Origin: Lingula anatina
Lineage: Eukaryota > Animalia > Brachiopoda
Length of the DNA stretch: 64,000 nt
Direction: 5' to 3'
Assembly: GCA_051362555.1 (NCBI GenBank)
Contig: CM120641.1
Span: 2,542,001-2,606,000, forward strand
Part shown: positions 1-10,878 of the stretch, piece after piece
How the letters are laid out: the number at the start of each line of letters is the position of its first letter
How positions within the stretch are numbered: position 1 is the first letter of the stretch
The notes under the pieces: model-generated
What the model was told of the DNA's origin: nothing
Database searches by the model: none
What the model saw: only the letters and a program-made list of their open reading frames with translations
Made by a program: the position numbers and the translations under genes

Positions 1-385
1 TTCAACTAATGAAAGTTTATCATTTTATGCTTCAATTCCGTTACTGTTTTGTTCGTCGTATGATGATGAATGCTCGGGTGCTACATTTGTAAAGATTATT
101 ACGGTGTTTGATTGTAATTTGCTAAGTCCTTTCTCTATCAATAACAAGACACAATCTTGAAATTCACTGTATATACGTTTCACCAATCCTGATTTTATAA
201 GCCAATCCATCACTAACACGGTCACACCCCCTGCCCCGTGTTGGCTGCGCGAGGATTTTCTTGGGCTGTCAAGATTTATAAAGCATGGGAATACTTGTAT
301 AGCTGTCATTTTGCGTCTGCCATGTTTCATTTAATCCAATTAAGTCAAATTTCTGCAGAAATTGGTAAATTCTACATGGTTTCGG
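1..385 (-). pseudogene. Decayed non-LTR retrotransposon (LINE) ORF2 apurinic-like (EEP) endonuclease N-terminus; continues off left edge
   Basis: Minus-strand translation across frameshifts gives EFTNFC..KFDLIGLNETW...SPRKSSRSQHGAGGVTVLV...DCVLLLI...VIIFTNVAPEHSSSYDEQNSNGIE. This matches the EEP pattern (DI.CL.ETW, GGV.V.V, Y.PP) of L2/CR1-like LINEs. Stops and frameshifts are present. Confidence 0.75.
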
Positions 386-1460
386 CTGTTTCACAATCAG
401 GGGTACAAAATAGGGGTCACATTGAGAGAAAAATGATCTCTGATACATTTGTTTAATTCTTAAACATATAAAAAAAATTACATCTTAACTATGCCATCCA
501 CAAATTTTAGAACACAATATTAAGTACTTTTTGTGCTACGCTCAAATAAACAGAACGCCCCTTAGGCTATGATCTGGGGTTACGGACACTACACATTCAA
601 GTAACTGATGCTTTTGTAACTGAAATATCATATTGTTTACCAGTTATTTTTGCCAAAATTCTAATAAATATCAAAATAAAGATATAACAGCAGTACTTTA
701 ACCAAAAGGATACAAGTACATGTATTAATCAAAAAGTTTTTTAGAGAAACACCACACCACGTTTTTCAGTGGATGCTGGAGCTTGGTTGTGTGTCATTCA
801 GTTTGACTTTCATTCACCAGAATTTAATTTAAACTTTTCTTTCTGTTGCTTGACCTTTTTTATTTATTCTTTTTTTTCAGTCTTGATTCCTGTTTTTGGA
901 GTATTTTCTTCTTTTTCATCTCTCGTTAATTTGCACCTCTTGTTCTACTGTTTTCAGGATTGTTAGGTTTCTGCTTCTCCTTGACTCTCTGTCAGTATTT
1001 CCTAATTTCTTCTTTTTACTTTAGTCTTTCTTGCTGGGCCAGCCTAGGATCATTCTTCTTTTTTTTGCTTCTCTGTTATGTTACGTGCATTTAACGTCTT
1101 CCTTACATGCTTCAGCAAGATTATTAGCATCTTTACGGATATTAGCTCTTGACGTCTTTTTTTTTTTTTTCAAATTATTTTTTGCTAACAGTAAAATTTT
1201 CAGGATCCCTTTTTCTTCTCCTATTTGGCTTTTTGTTTATTTTCATCCATATTTGATACTTCATTCATTGAGAGTATAATAAATGTACTGTTAAATATAC
1301 ATGTATTGAAGTGTTCGTACCCCCTCAAAATATATCATATACATTAATCATAGAATATTAATCCATATACAGTTTATTATTTTGAAATTAGCTTTATTTG
1401 GCAATATATTCAAACCAATATTGTTCACTTTGATTGCAAAGAGTAGCATCTTTACTGATA

Positions 1461-1739
1461 TTATTTCTTTGCAAAATAATCAAACTTTTTATTCATACTT
1501 ATGACATCGCGGCGGATTTTTAGTAGCAGGGTTTTAGTATCCATGTCCATGTTCTCCTCCTCCGAGTTCTGGGAGTCGAAGTCATGTTCAGAATCTGGGG
1601 ATCTCCTGATGATTTCCGTGTTATCATTACGGGTTTGAGACGAACCTCCACGGCCCCCACGTCTAGTCGATCCGCTTCGTGATTTTACTCCGGCCATAAA
1701 CTCCAAATTAAATAAGCTCTGGACTGTTGGTGTCGCCAT
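1461..1739 (-). pseudogene. LINE ORF1 N-terminal remnant (RG-rich region then coiled coil)
   Basis: ORF MATPTVQ...RRGGRGG...MDTKTLLLKIRRDVISMNKKFD lies upstream of and co-oriented with the endonuclease relic, as expected for ORF1. Confidence 0.55.
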
Positions 1740-2034
1740 AAAATGTCGTTTAACTACGCCAAACTTTTCTAAAGACTGTCACTCTCACAACATTTGGATA
1801 TATAGCAGTAAAATGGTACGATGGATGACCCACATACGCTACAACTTTCGTGTGTACAGTTATTATGTAATTCGTAAGATGAGTAGATGTCGTAGCGCCA
1901 GGCTAATGTCGACAGCATCAAATTCACTTACTTTTCGGCCGATATTCCGTTGCCGTTATTTGGATCTCAAAGTCTTCACAAATTTGTCCACAGTATACAT
2001 CATTTATCTGTTCAAATTTGCAATTCTTGCGGAC

Positions 2035-3319
2035 AACGTTTCACACCCCGCCCGACCTTGTACATTACTTTATTGTTTACTTTGTTTTATGGGATATTGT
2101 TCCATTCTTCCTAAAGAGCTTGGGGAAGTTGGACCAGATTATTAGGAGTTTGGTTCTCCTTTGCATTGCACACTTCAATTCATGCCACAGATATTTAGTA
2201 AGGTTGATAACATGCCTCAAAGGTGGTTGCTCTATCCTCTGAACATTGGGTTTCTGCAACAAATCACTCAGCAGACGAGAGTTGTGAGCACGTACATTTG
2301 CAAGATGACGCCTGCAGTATCCCTGAAGTCAACTCTTGCAAATGGAGTGAGATATTTTTGAGAACGTTTCAGTGAATTGCCCCAATAACGTTCTTTTCCG
2401 AAGAAACAATGCACTAAAACCATGGGCTTGGAATTCTCTCAAAACCTGGTCTGACACTCAGGCGATATTATCCTGCACAAACCTTCCAAAAAGCATTCTG
2501 CAACATGTCTACGAGCCTTAATTTGACCATCGAAGGCATACAAGAAATACCTTGATTCTGCAGTAAAACGAACTTGTTCCTAGTGATGGTTGATCAAGTT
2601 CTGGTAGTTCTGGGGTCACTGAACCTAACATTCTCAACTGATACCAAATTTCATCTGCAAGAGGGGACTTCGGGGGTGATCCGGGCTGCGTCATGACAGC
2701 CCACTTGCACACAGTTCTCATGTCTCATATTTGTTGCAGAAACCCAATGTGGCTGAGGCTGGAGAAACCATCTTTGAATCCTGATAATAAACCTACTGAG
2801 CACCCGTGGCATGAATTGAAGTGTGCAAGCCAGAGGAGAACCAAACCCCAACTAGTCCGGACCAATTCCGTCAAGCGTTTTAGGAATCATGGGGCAAAAT
2901 CCCACAAAACAGAAATGTTAGCTTTGTTGCAGGCGGTGGCGCCGTCTACAGGAGATAATTACAGTACGCGGTAGCCACACACGCTAATAGACACGTGACC
3001 TTTAACTAGCACACCCTAATGCTAAATGTGTCTAAATTTTGTGACTTTTGTTGGTGTCATTTCAATTTAATGGGTATTTCTTTACCTCCGTATAAACGAC
3101 AGTGGAACATCGGATTTGCGGGGGTACATGCAATAAATGTGAATAAATGGTATTAAATACGGATATCTTAACCGCTAGTTTGTATTTTCTGTTCCACTAA
3201 TCATGTAAGTTATGGCATCTGAATGAAAATCACCATCCATAGCAATTAACTCCTATGATGTGATCATTTATAAATAAAAGCACATGAAACTGGGGGTGGG
3301 ACAACCTTTTTGACCAATG
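2035..3319. mobile_element. Tc1/mariner relics: two diverged copies of the transposase C-terminal region in inverted orientation, plus one terminal region
   Basis: Minus copy (about 2035-2356) reads INLTKYLWHELKCAMQRR. Plus copy (about 2641-2960) reads LNPDNKPTEHPWHELKCASQRR. Both resemble Tc1 SPDLNPIEHLWDELKR. A Tc1-like end (...TTTTTGACCAATG) lies at about 3319. Confidence 0.65.
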
Positions 3320-3516
3320 TTTTGAATGAAAAGAATTGTTACAAAATTATAAAAAGAGACAGTAAACAAAAGCATGGAATTAGATTGTGATGAGAAGGAC
3401 TATTCTACGACTATTTACTCACGTGTGTTAAAAACAGGCAGAAAAACCACAGAGCAGCAACAGTCGCTTGATTGTAATATTGACAAACGTTCATTCAGAC
3501 CCACATTTATACTTAC

Positions 3517-3868
3517 AAAATTAAAGTCCTGCATCGAGTCCATGGCCATGGCATTGTTGTGCTGTGGGACATGGTAAATGACTTGCCTTTTTTCTTTGTT
3601 CACATCAACGAGTTCTAAGAAAGGCGTTCCTTTCTCATTGATCAGCACTCCAAATCTCTCCTACGATTATAAGTGAAATGGAAAGACCATGATGAGAGTA
3701 TAAAATAGGCAGTATATTGATGACCTTCACTTCAACTACATGTACATTGGTCGTTTTCTAAACCTAAACCACTTTACCTACATGTACCTGAGTCTTGCTA
3801 GGGCCACTGGGCGCTCCACAGGCTGAGATACAAAACAAAGTGAATGTAAGCACTGCAAACATTTTCAT
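3517..3868 (-). CDS. Secreted BRICHOS-type precursor protein, first two coding exons (3788-3868, 3517-3660); remainder lies beyond left edge
   Basis: Exon 1 is ATG at 3868, MKMFAVLTFTLFCISACGAPSGPSKTQ (signal peptide), then gtacat donor. Exon 2 follows a tcgtag acceptor: ERFGVLINEKGTPFLELVDVNKEKRQVIYHVPQHNNAMAMDSMQDFNF, then gtaagt. Both junctions are phase 0. The E.V.V......YHVP.HN.......DFN pattern is typical of invertebrate BRICHOS pro-proteins. Confidence 0.72.
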
Positions 3869-4653
3869 CTTTGAAATTGCGATAGCGGTGACCGGTTGTT
3901 TTCGACGCATAATGCTTTGTCCACGAGCATGCGACGCATTTATAGCTTAAAAGAGGAAGCAAAATGATCTTATTGGCTGTAGATAGTTCACGGAGGGGTA
4001 CTTTGGCAAGTACTTATAAATAAAAATGATACCACTGTTACCAGCACGAATACCTAAAAATAGCTACTTCATAAATACAAATGCACTCAACTGAAAACCA
4101 TGTTTTGAAGTTTTGCAGGGTAAAATGTCATTACTGTGTCAAGGATTTCTTTGGTCCCCCAAAAAAGCTATCAGAAACTTTAGAAACGGTTACTTGATGT
4201 TACCGGCAAAAGCGTGAATTTAAGACTCTTTTCGATTGTTTTCTTTCTAAACAAAAGACTTAATTTAAAACCGATCTTAATTTTCCCAGAGAGTATTATT
4301 CACGTTATTAGCGTTTTTATAGTAAACAATCGCTTAAGGTTCAACACAAATTCTACAAAAAAGTAATTCATTAGAACATAAGTCAAACATGCAAATTCTT
4401 TCGGCTCTACACAAAAATCTCATTTTTATTCAAATAATTACCAATCGTTTATTATCATATGGTACTAGGAATTTAAAAATCAATCAAAGTGAGAAAAATG
4501 AAACACAAAGAAAACCCAAACTAAAAGTTATCGAAGAATGCATTTAAGTGTAAGGGCTTGTTGAAGGTGAATTTTAAGACGCGCAATTTTCCACGGGCGA
4601 AAGACTCGATCTTCTTCTGTTTTTGTCGTCATTGGTGAGATACCGAGTAAATG

Positions 4654-5283
4654 AACCCTGAGCTGATCAGAGATAACTTGACACTAACCTCTTCACTAAA
4701 GCCTATCTTCATCGTATCAAGTTACATCTGACCACATTCGCTTGCCCGCACCGCCCGCCAATCAAATTTAAAGCCCGCCCTCAATGACTCATTGAACGAT
4801 CTAGCCAATGAACGCGAACGAGTCAAAGCGCGCTTTGTTCAAATCCGGACCAATCAAAGATAAGGCTGAATATCAGGGACTTGCCGTAACCTGTGGGCAG
4901 CACGCAAAATACATCATCCCTTAGTAGATAATGATGCAGGGCCCCAAACTGCTCTGGTTTCAATTCCGATATACTCATATTTTGCAAAGAATCAAGAGAC
5001 AACTTAACACATTCTTTTACGTAGTCACTCGTTGGAGACACCATGCTTATTTTTGTGTATGGTTATGCGGACGCAACGAAATACAAGTTTCTCTTTGGAC
5101 ATAATTCTGGACTTTCAACCATTCAGCGTTTTCACCAAACTTTAGTGAAAAATTTTGAAACATGGATTCGATTGGCTTATATAAACTAGGTCAAACTATT
5201 TTCTTCAGAGGTAACTTAATTGACACGATAAAGATAGGCTATAGTGAAGAGGTTAGTGTCAAGTTATCTCTGAAGCTCAGGGT
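4654..5283. mobile_element. Non-autonomous TIR element (about 630 bp) carrying a RecQ-helicase fragment; AcademH-like
   Basis: About 80-bp imperfect TIRs (ACCCTGAGCT..CAGAGATAACTTGACACTAACCTCTTCACTA.AGCCTATCTT). Direct repeat GAGTAAATG at 4645-4653 and 5284-5292. Confidence 0.8.
4823..5044 (-). pseudogene. Truncated RecQ/SF2 helicase fragment (motif 0 + Walker A)
   Basis: ORF contains LKPEQ...DDVFCVLPTGYGKSLIF, the RecQ motif 0/motif I signature, and ends shortly after. Confidence 0.75.
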
Positions 5284-8200
5284 GAGTAAATGCGGCTTTG
5301 ATAAAATAACATCTGATAGTGCCTGCGCACGTGCGCTATACTTATGACTTCAACAGGGACTGTTAAACAATTTCATCAGTGCCAACAGAGGTGGAACAAA
5401 TACGTTGAGTAGCATTTGTTAGTCTATGAGAGTTGCACAGCCTGTCTGACAAATTACAGTATGAAGGGTCACATGTGCACTTCAGTTTCCATTTCAGGCG
5501 TGTGCAGATGCTGTCCAGCTAATTCGGGTTCCCTCAGGGCCCTAAAACAAAATCAGCATGGTTGCTACTTTGGCAACCTTGGACAATTTTCAATATCTAA
5601 GATTGCTGCCAATTTCCGTAAAAATATATACCCTGTGTAAATAAAATACAACTTCCTCAACCAAACTTTGCACTAAGAATTTAATAATAGGAAATTCTTT
5701 ACCGTTTGGAGCCATCTTGGTGCCATTTGATAAATCAAAAATGGTCGTCAACTGTAACAGAAACAGAATAACAGAATTTTTCTCTAAGCATGAATGAAAA
5801 CATTGTATTTACTTTTCAGATATAATCCCAAATGCTTTGCTGTTTTGTATCCCAACTTTGAAGGTGTATGCAACTTCTGAGCTTACTTAAGGATTTCCAA
5901 GTCCAAAAGAGAAATTAACAACATTGAAATAAATATCGTTTTCCATTGTACATTTTCTTGAAATTTTGAATTATATCAATTTCCAGTAACAATTCTGAAT
6001 ATTACCGGGTGTTACATCAGGTTTTGATCCCCATGAATGAAGTCGGCATTATATTGTAAACTACCTGTATTTCAGCTTATTTGTGCAATGGAAACATGTT
6101 TATATTGTTCCCCATTCGATATGAATATTACACGAACAACATTTTAAAAAATTTTTATTTAATTGATAAAGTGCATCATGAAGAATATGTAGCAGAGATT
6201 TCAAGGTTTCCCTTCAACTGTATTATAATGCTAATGGTGAAATTTTGGATGAACAGTCACTGTTTCTTCTGTTATCAAAAGAGAACATTGTCAGCATCCT
6301 GTCTGTGGGACAGTGGCAAAAACGCACAAAAATCCGAGTTTCCAGAGGATCAGTCAACTTTGGCCAAGGTGTAGTCCTAAGAAAACACATTTGGCCCAGC
6401 AGAAGAAGCACTGCATGGAGGTCGAAGCAATCTGGCGTTCCTTACAAAAAGGTATTTGATGATGTCTACATTCAAGTTCTTAAGATTGTCGTTAATTCTA
6501 TAAACTTAAAACTGATCAAAGCATGTCAAAATCGTCTGGTTGACCTTGTTTTCTTATCAAGGCAGGACCTGTGCTGCGAATGATTTTAAAAAAATTTGAT
6601 TTATATTTTATATCTGTAAGGTCATAAAATTCAGTGGCGGATCTAAGGGGGTGCCAGGGGGGTCCTGACACACCACCCACCCACCTTCGATTTCTGAAAA
6701 GAAATCACACCATTGGTCCCCAATTGAAATTAGAATTTTGACTAGCTAAATCATAGTTCTAAACCGTACTGTTATAGTGAAGATTGACGACAACAGTTTG
6801 GAGCTTTCGAACGTTAATTCACCGACTCACTTTTTCACAGAATCTAAAAGTATTTATACTCTATTTTCCCAACGCATTTTCCATTCTCAAGTTACAAAAC
6901 GCTATTGACAGTAATTCGGAAAATATGGAGATCCAAAGTATTGCTTTTAATGATTGTCGTATGACTCAAAATAGGCTATGGATTTGTCTTCAGACCACGT
7001 GACCTCCATTGATGGTTATACTCTGTTATAATCTCTTAAGAGATTTTAACAAAAAAAAACCAAACTGTTTAGAAAAAACAGGAACTAACTTTGAATTTGG
7101 TAGGTATGGGAAAATTGTTGTTCACTCAAGGAAAAATCGTTTTTCAGCAAAAACGAAGAGTCATTATCCCTTTAAAACAAGGAGGTTATGTGTTTGGTTC
7201 CATTTGTCTAACTTTCAGTTACTAGCTGGTTTTTAATTAGATTTGAAGAAACTATTGGAAGAGAACCAAGTAACATATAATTAATTTTGGTGGTGATCTA
7301 TTTTTTTTAATTTATTAATTGTTTTGCTGTTAGCCACATAATGCAAAAATTTATAAGGGGTTTTTAATGAAAATTTCGGAATAGGTCAGAAATGGGCTAG
7401 ATTTTGGAAGCGTTAAATTTATTCATTTATTCATTAGTCAATTGATAATTAATGATTAGAACTGAGATAAAAAATCCAATAATTGATGATTAATAATAAT
7501 TATGAGAATAAAGGTGACTTGGCGAAGGTCTGTGCCCTTTTCGGGTATTTCTATCTGTTATTGTATCTGTAATTATCTATAACTTATATTATAATTATTA
7601 TCATTTTTATTATTATTATTAGTTAAATAGTTAAATTGATTTATTTTCGTGACAATGCCGAATATATACAAATATAATACAATAATGTAAATATATAAGT
7701 AACGGCCCAGCCCTATGGGCTTACAAAGTCACCGGTTACCAAACATTAGTTATATAGAAGCTTCTTTCTTTATTATCATTATTATTATTATTATTTCACC
7801 TTTTGAAGAATGCAAATATCAGTTAAGATTCACGCCTGACTGACATGCAGAATTTTGAAGTACGTAAAAGAGGGTATAACATCTCCACAACACTGCTGGA
7901 TGTAAGAGTTTGATTTTTTTTTTTTTTTGGTAATTCTTTTAAATTGGTAAATTTGATGGGCCATTAAAAGTAACAAAACTTCACCAGTTGCATATACAAT
8001 TGCATGTATTCTCATCATATAAGCACATTTAACTTTTTTATTTTATTAACATTAAGCGAGCGAAAGAATTGTACGTCCGAGTGGACGTAAACTAGCACCA
8101 GTCTAGGGATTTTGAAATAAAAAATGATAATTATTAGATTTATTTGTTCTCATAAATAAAACGTAAACTAAGTTTTAAACCTTCCTTACTGTCGTTAGCA

Positions 8201-8320
8201 GCAAATTTTTCAATCGATGTAGTTTATTTTTTACTAAAGTGGGAAAATTCCAACTTCTCATTGAACGAGTGTGATGTCCAGAAATGTCTGGGATGTTTAT
8301 TTAAGATAACTCAATAAATA

Positions 8321-10000
8321 CAGGGTTACCACTTAATATGGAATATTATTATTATTATTATTATTATTTTTTTTTTTTTTTTTTTTTTTTTTTGGCGAGT
8401 AAATTTTCTAAAGAATATTTAATTTCTCTCTATTTTAAATCCAAAGCTGAGTTGTCATTCCATGTGTAGCCAGGTGTGTTACCTAATTACCACACAACTC
8501 TCGAAACAATTGATGCATGCAGTTGCATGTTCTGTGGTCAGAAATGTGAAGGGTGGTCTTTTCGGCAATTTATGCCCTTGTATAAAAACGCATGGGTTTG
8601 GTCAATCTTTGGAGTGTGTTAAGAGAAGCAACAAAGGGATCACTCTGAAACTTGACAGGTACTTTAGTGAAGATATGGTTCGACAGCTAAGCAACGCAGC
8701 TTACTATGGGATTCTTGCTGTCAGAGAAACGGACAGCCATTGCCAGGTAATTCAACATTTATCAGGAACCGTTTGTAAAGTCCTCCAAAGAAATGCTGCC
8801 ACAGAGTTACCTACTCCAATACCTGGACCAGGGTGTCCGCGTATCACAACAAGAAGACAGGATCACCTTCTCCTTAGAGGACGCCGTGCTGGTCGTACAA
8901 AAAACAACCAGTGTCCTCAAAAAAGAGAGACAGAATGTCATTCAAACGCCCGATTCAAGGTCCCTCGTGAACAAGAGAATACTGCAAGCCGGTTATTTTG
9001 CACGAAGGCCAGTAGGGAAACCACTGTTAACAGCAGGTCAAATACAGCGACGTCTGCAATGGGCTGGAGACCACGTGCGTTTGCAGCCAAAACATTGGAA
9101 TCACGTCGTTTTCAGTAATGAGGCCATATATGGATTTTTTAGTGTTGATGGTCGAATCCGTGTCCACCGACGTGTTTGAGGGGCATAAAACGATGATTGT
9201 GTACTGCCTAGGGTGCAAGCAGAGGATGGTAACGTCTCTGTTTGGGGAACATTTCATGTCAGTGCCCAGAACCAGTTGGTTTTTCTAGGAGGCAATCTCA
9301 TCCAGGATTCCTACAGAGACATTCTACAGCAAACAATGCTTCGATTGGTAAGAGTCATCTTCAGGAACAACTTTGTGTACCAAGACGACTGCGCAACCCC
9401 ACATCGAGCCCGCAGAATTACTGTTTTTCTTCAAAACCAATGAGTTCAGCAACTGCCCTGGCCTGCAAACTCTCCAGATATGTACCCAATTGAAAAACTT
9501 TGGGCAAAAGTAACTCACAAAATTAATAGCTATGGTCATCGGCCGGTAAATAGTGATGAACTGCGACAGGCAAATATCACTGCGTGGAATGATATCCCCA
9601 CCCAAACGTGTCACAGGGTATGCCAGGTAGGATGAGGGCGCTGCAAGTGACTGCTGGAGGTCATACCCGCAATCACTGACTTTTCATGATTTACTGTAGT
9701 GAGTTCTTTGACTGTGTAACATATCACTGTCCGGAGGCTATCATTATCTTTAATATCTAAGCTTAAAGTTTATACTGACATCAAACTGTTGATATGGTTT
9801 TCCGGGTGTGTTCCTTTCTTTTGAATGGCATCTTATGTCAGATTTGATATCATTGACCAAAATATCTCACAACAAAAGACTGGATGTTTTTATCACTCAG
9901 TGACATACTTTTTGGATGAATGAAGCCAAAAATAATAATCATAATCAGCACTCAAAAAATAACAAAGGTAAAAAATATTCCATATTAAGTAGCAACCCTG
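8321..10000 (+). mobile_element. Full-length Tc1/mariner DNA transposon (1680 bp), defective
   Basis: TIRs CAGGGTTACCACTTAATATGGAATATT and AATATTCCATATTAAGTAGCAACCCTG. TA TSD at 8319-8320 and 10001-10002. Confidence 0.92.
8675..9679 (+). pseudogene. Tc1-family DDE transposase pseudogene
   Basis: Frameshifted pieces: MVRQLS, PGPGCPRITTRRQD, ARRPVGKPLLT..RRLQWA, WNHVVFSNEA (first D changed to N), VSVWG, YQDDCATPH, WPANSPDMYPIEKLW. Stops and frameshifts are present. Confidence 0.9.
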
Positions 10001-10878
10001 TAGCTTGCTGCCACTTTTGCGTTGTCGCCGGATTTTAAAACTTTGAAAAAAAATCTTTTTTTGGCGCAGGTCATTGATTTTAGTTATTTGATGTTTTTAG
10101 TAATATTTGAGCCATTGATAATATCCTCAAATCATTTTCTTCCATTATTAGCAAAATGAAATGGAGACAGGGCCCATTCAATGTTTTAGGCAAAACACGA
10201 CAAAACTGCATTCTTTTAGAAAATAATCGTTACCACCTTGCGGTTGAGGACAAAAATAAACGTACATCTCTTTATACATCCTAAGTGCAATGTAAAATTT
10301 GTTCTCATTTATAACGTGCGAATATTATCCAAAAGGGTTGTTATTTTTAAAACTTTCGTTACCAAAATAGCATTAAACCTTCGCACCACTGAATACAAAA
10401 ATTTGCCATACTAGCAAGGCAAAACTTTTAAAATGTGCAACGTTTTACTCAAAAAGCCAGATTTATCACTTTCTGTCACTAGGGACTTAGAAAATATACA
10501 TGTAGAATTGGCGAAAATATCTTTCACCTTATTTTTCACTTTTCTGTTTTGTTCAAATGGACCTTTGTATTGAAAAAAGTGATAATGAGTTTTATGACAC
10601 TTCAACTCCTAGTGGGAATAAAAAAACTGTTCATTGTTCCATAACATTTGACAATTACTTTATTTTCCAAAAGCCAATTTTAATTATTTTACATTTTTTG
10701 CAACAAAAATACAAATTCTGGTCATGGATACTTTGTACTTTGCAATATCATTATTGTACAAATAATAATACTATTCATAATAATAAATAAATAGTGCAAA
10801 AAAGCAAAAAATATTAGCATTAGGGCTTTCACATATGTCCTTTTTATTCCACTTATATATTGCCCTTTATTGACTTCA

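Noticed and set aside
25-330. ORF considered as the third BRICHOS exon (RKMTAIQVFPCFI)
   Set aside because: No acceptor gives the required phase-0 frame, and the region is better explained as a frameshifted LINE endonuclease.
780-1270. Lys/Glu-rich coding-like purine bias on the minus strand
   Set aside because: Multiple stops and no recognisable motif. It is at most an unidentifiable TE relic.
6081-6583. Overlapping 97- and 112-aa ORFs
   Set aside because: No domain motif or coherent splice structure.
7830-7895. Alternative convertase terminal exon QCCGDVIPSFTYFKILHVSQA-stop with a YxxI motif
   Set aside because: The acceptor is weak and A-rich. The nearer exon 10879-10929 has a better pyrimidine tract and a polyA signal.
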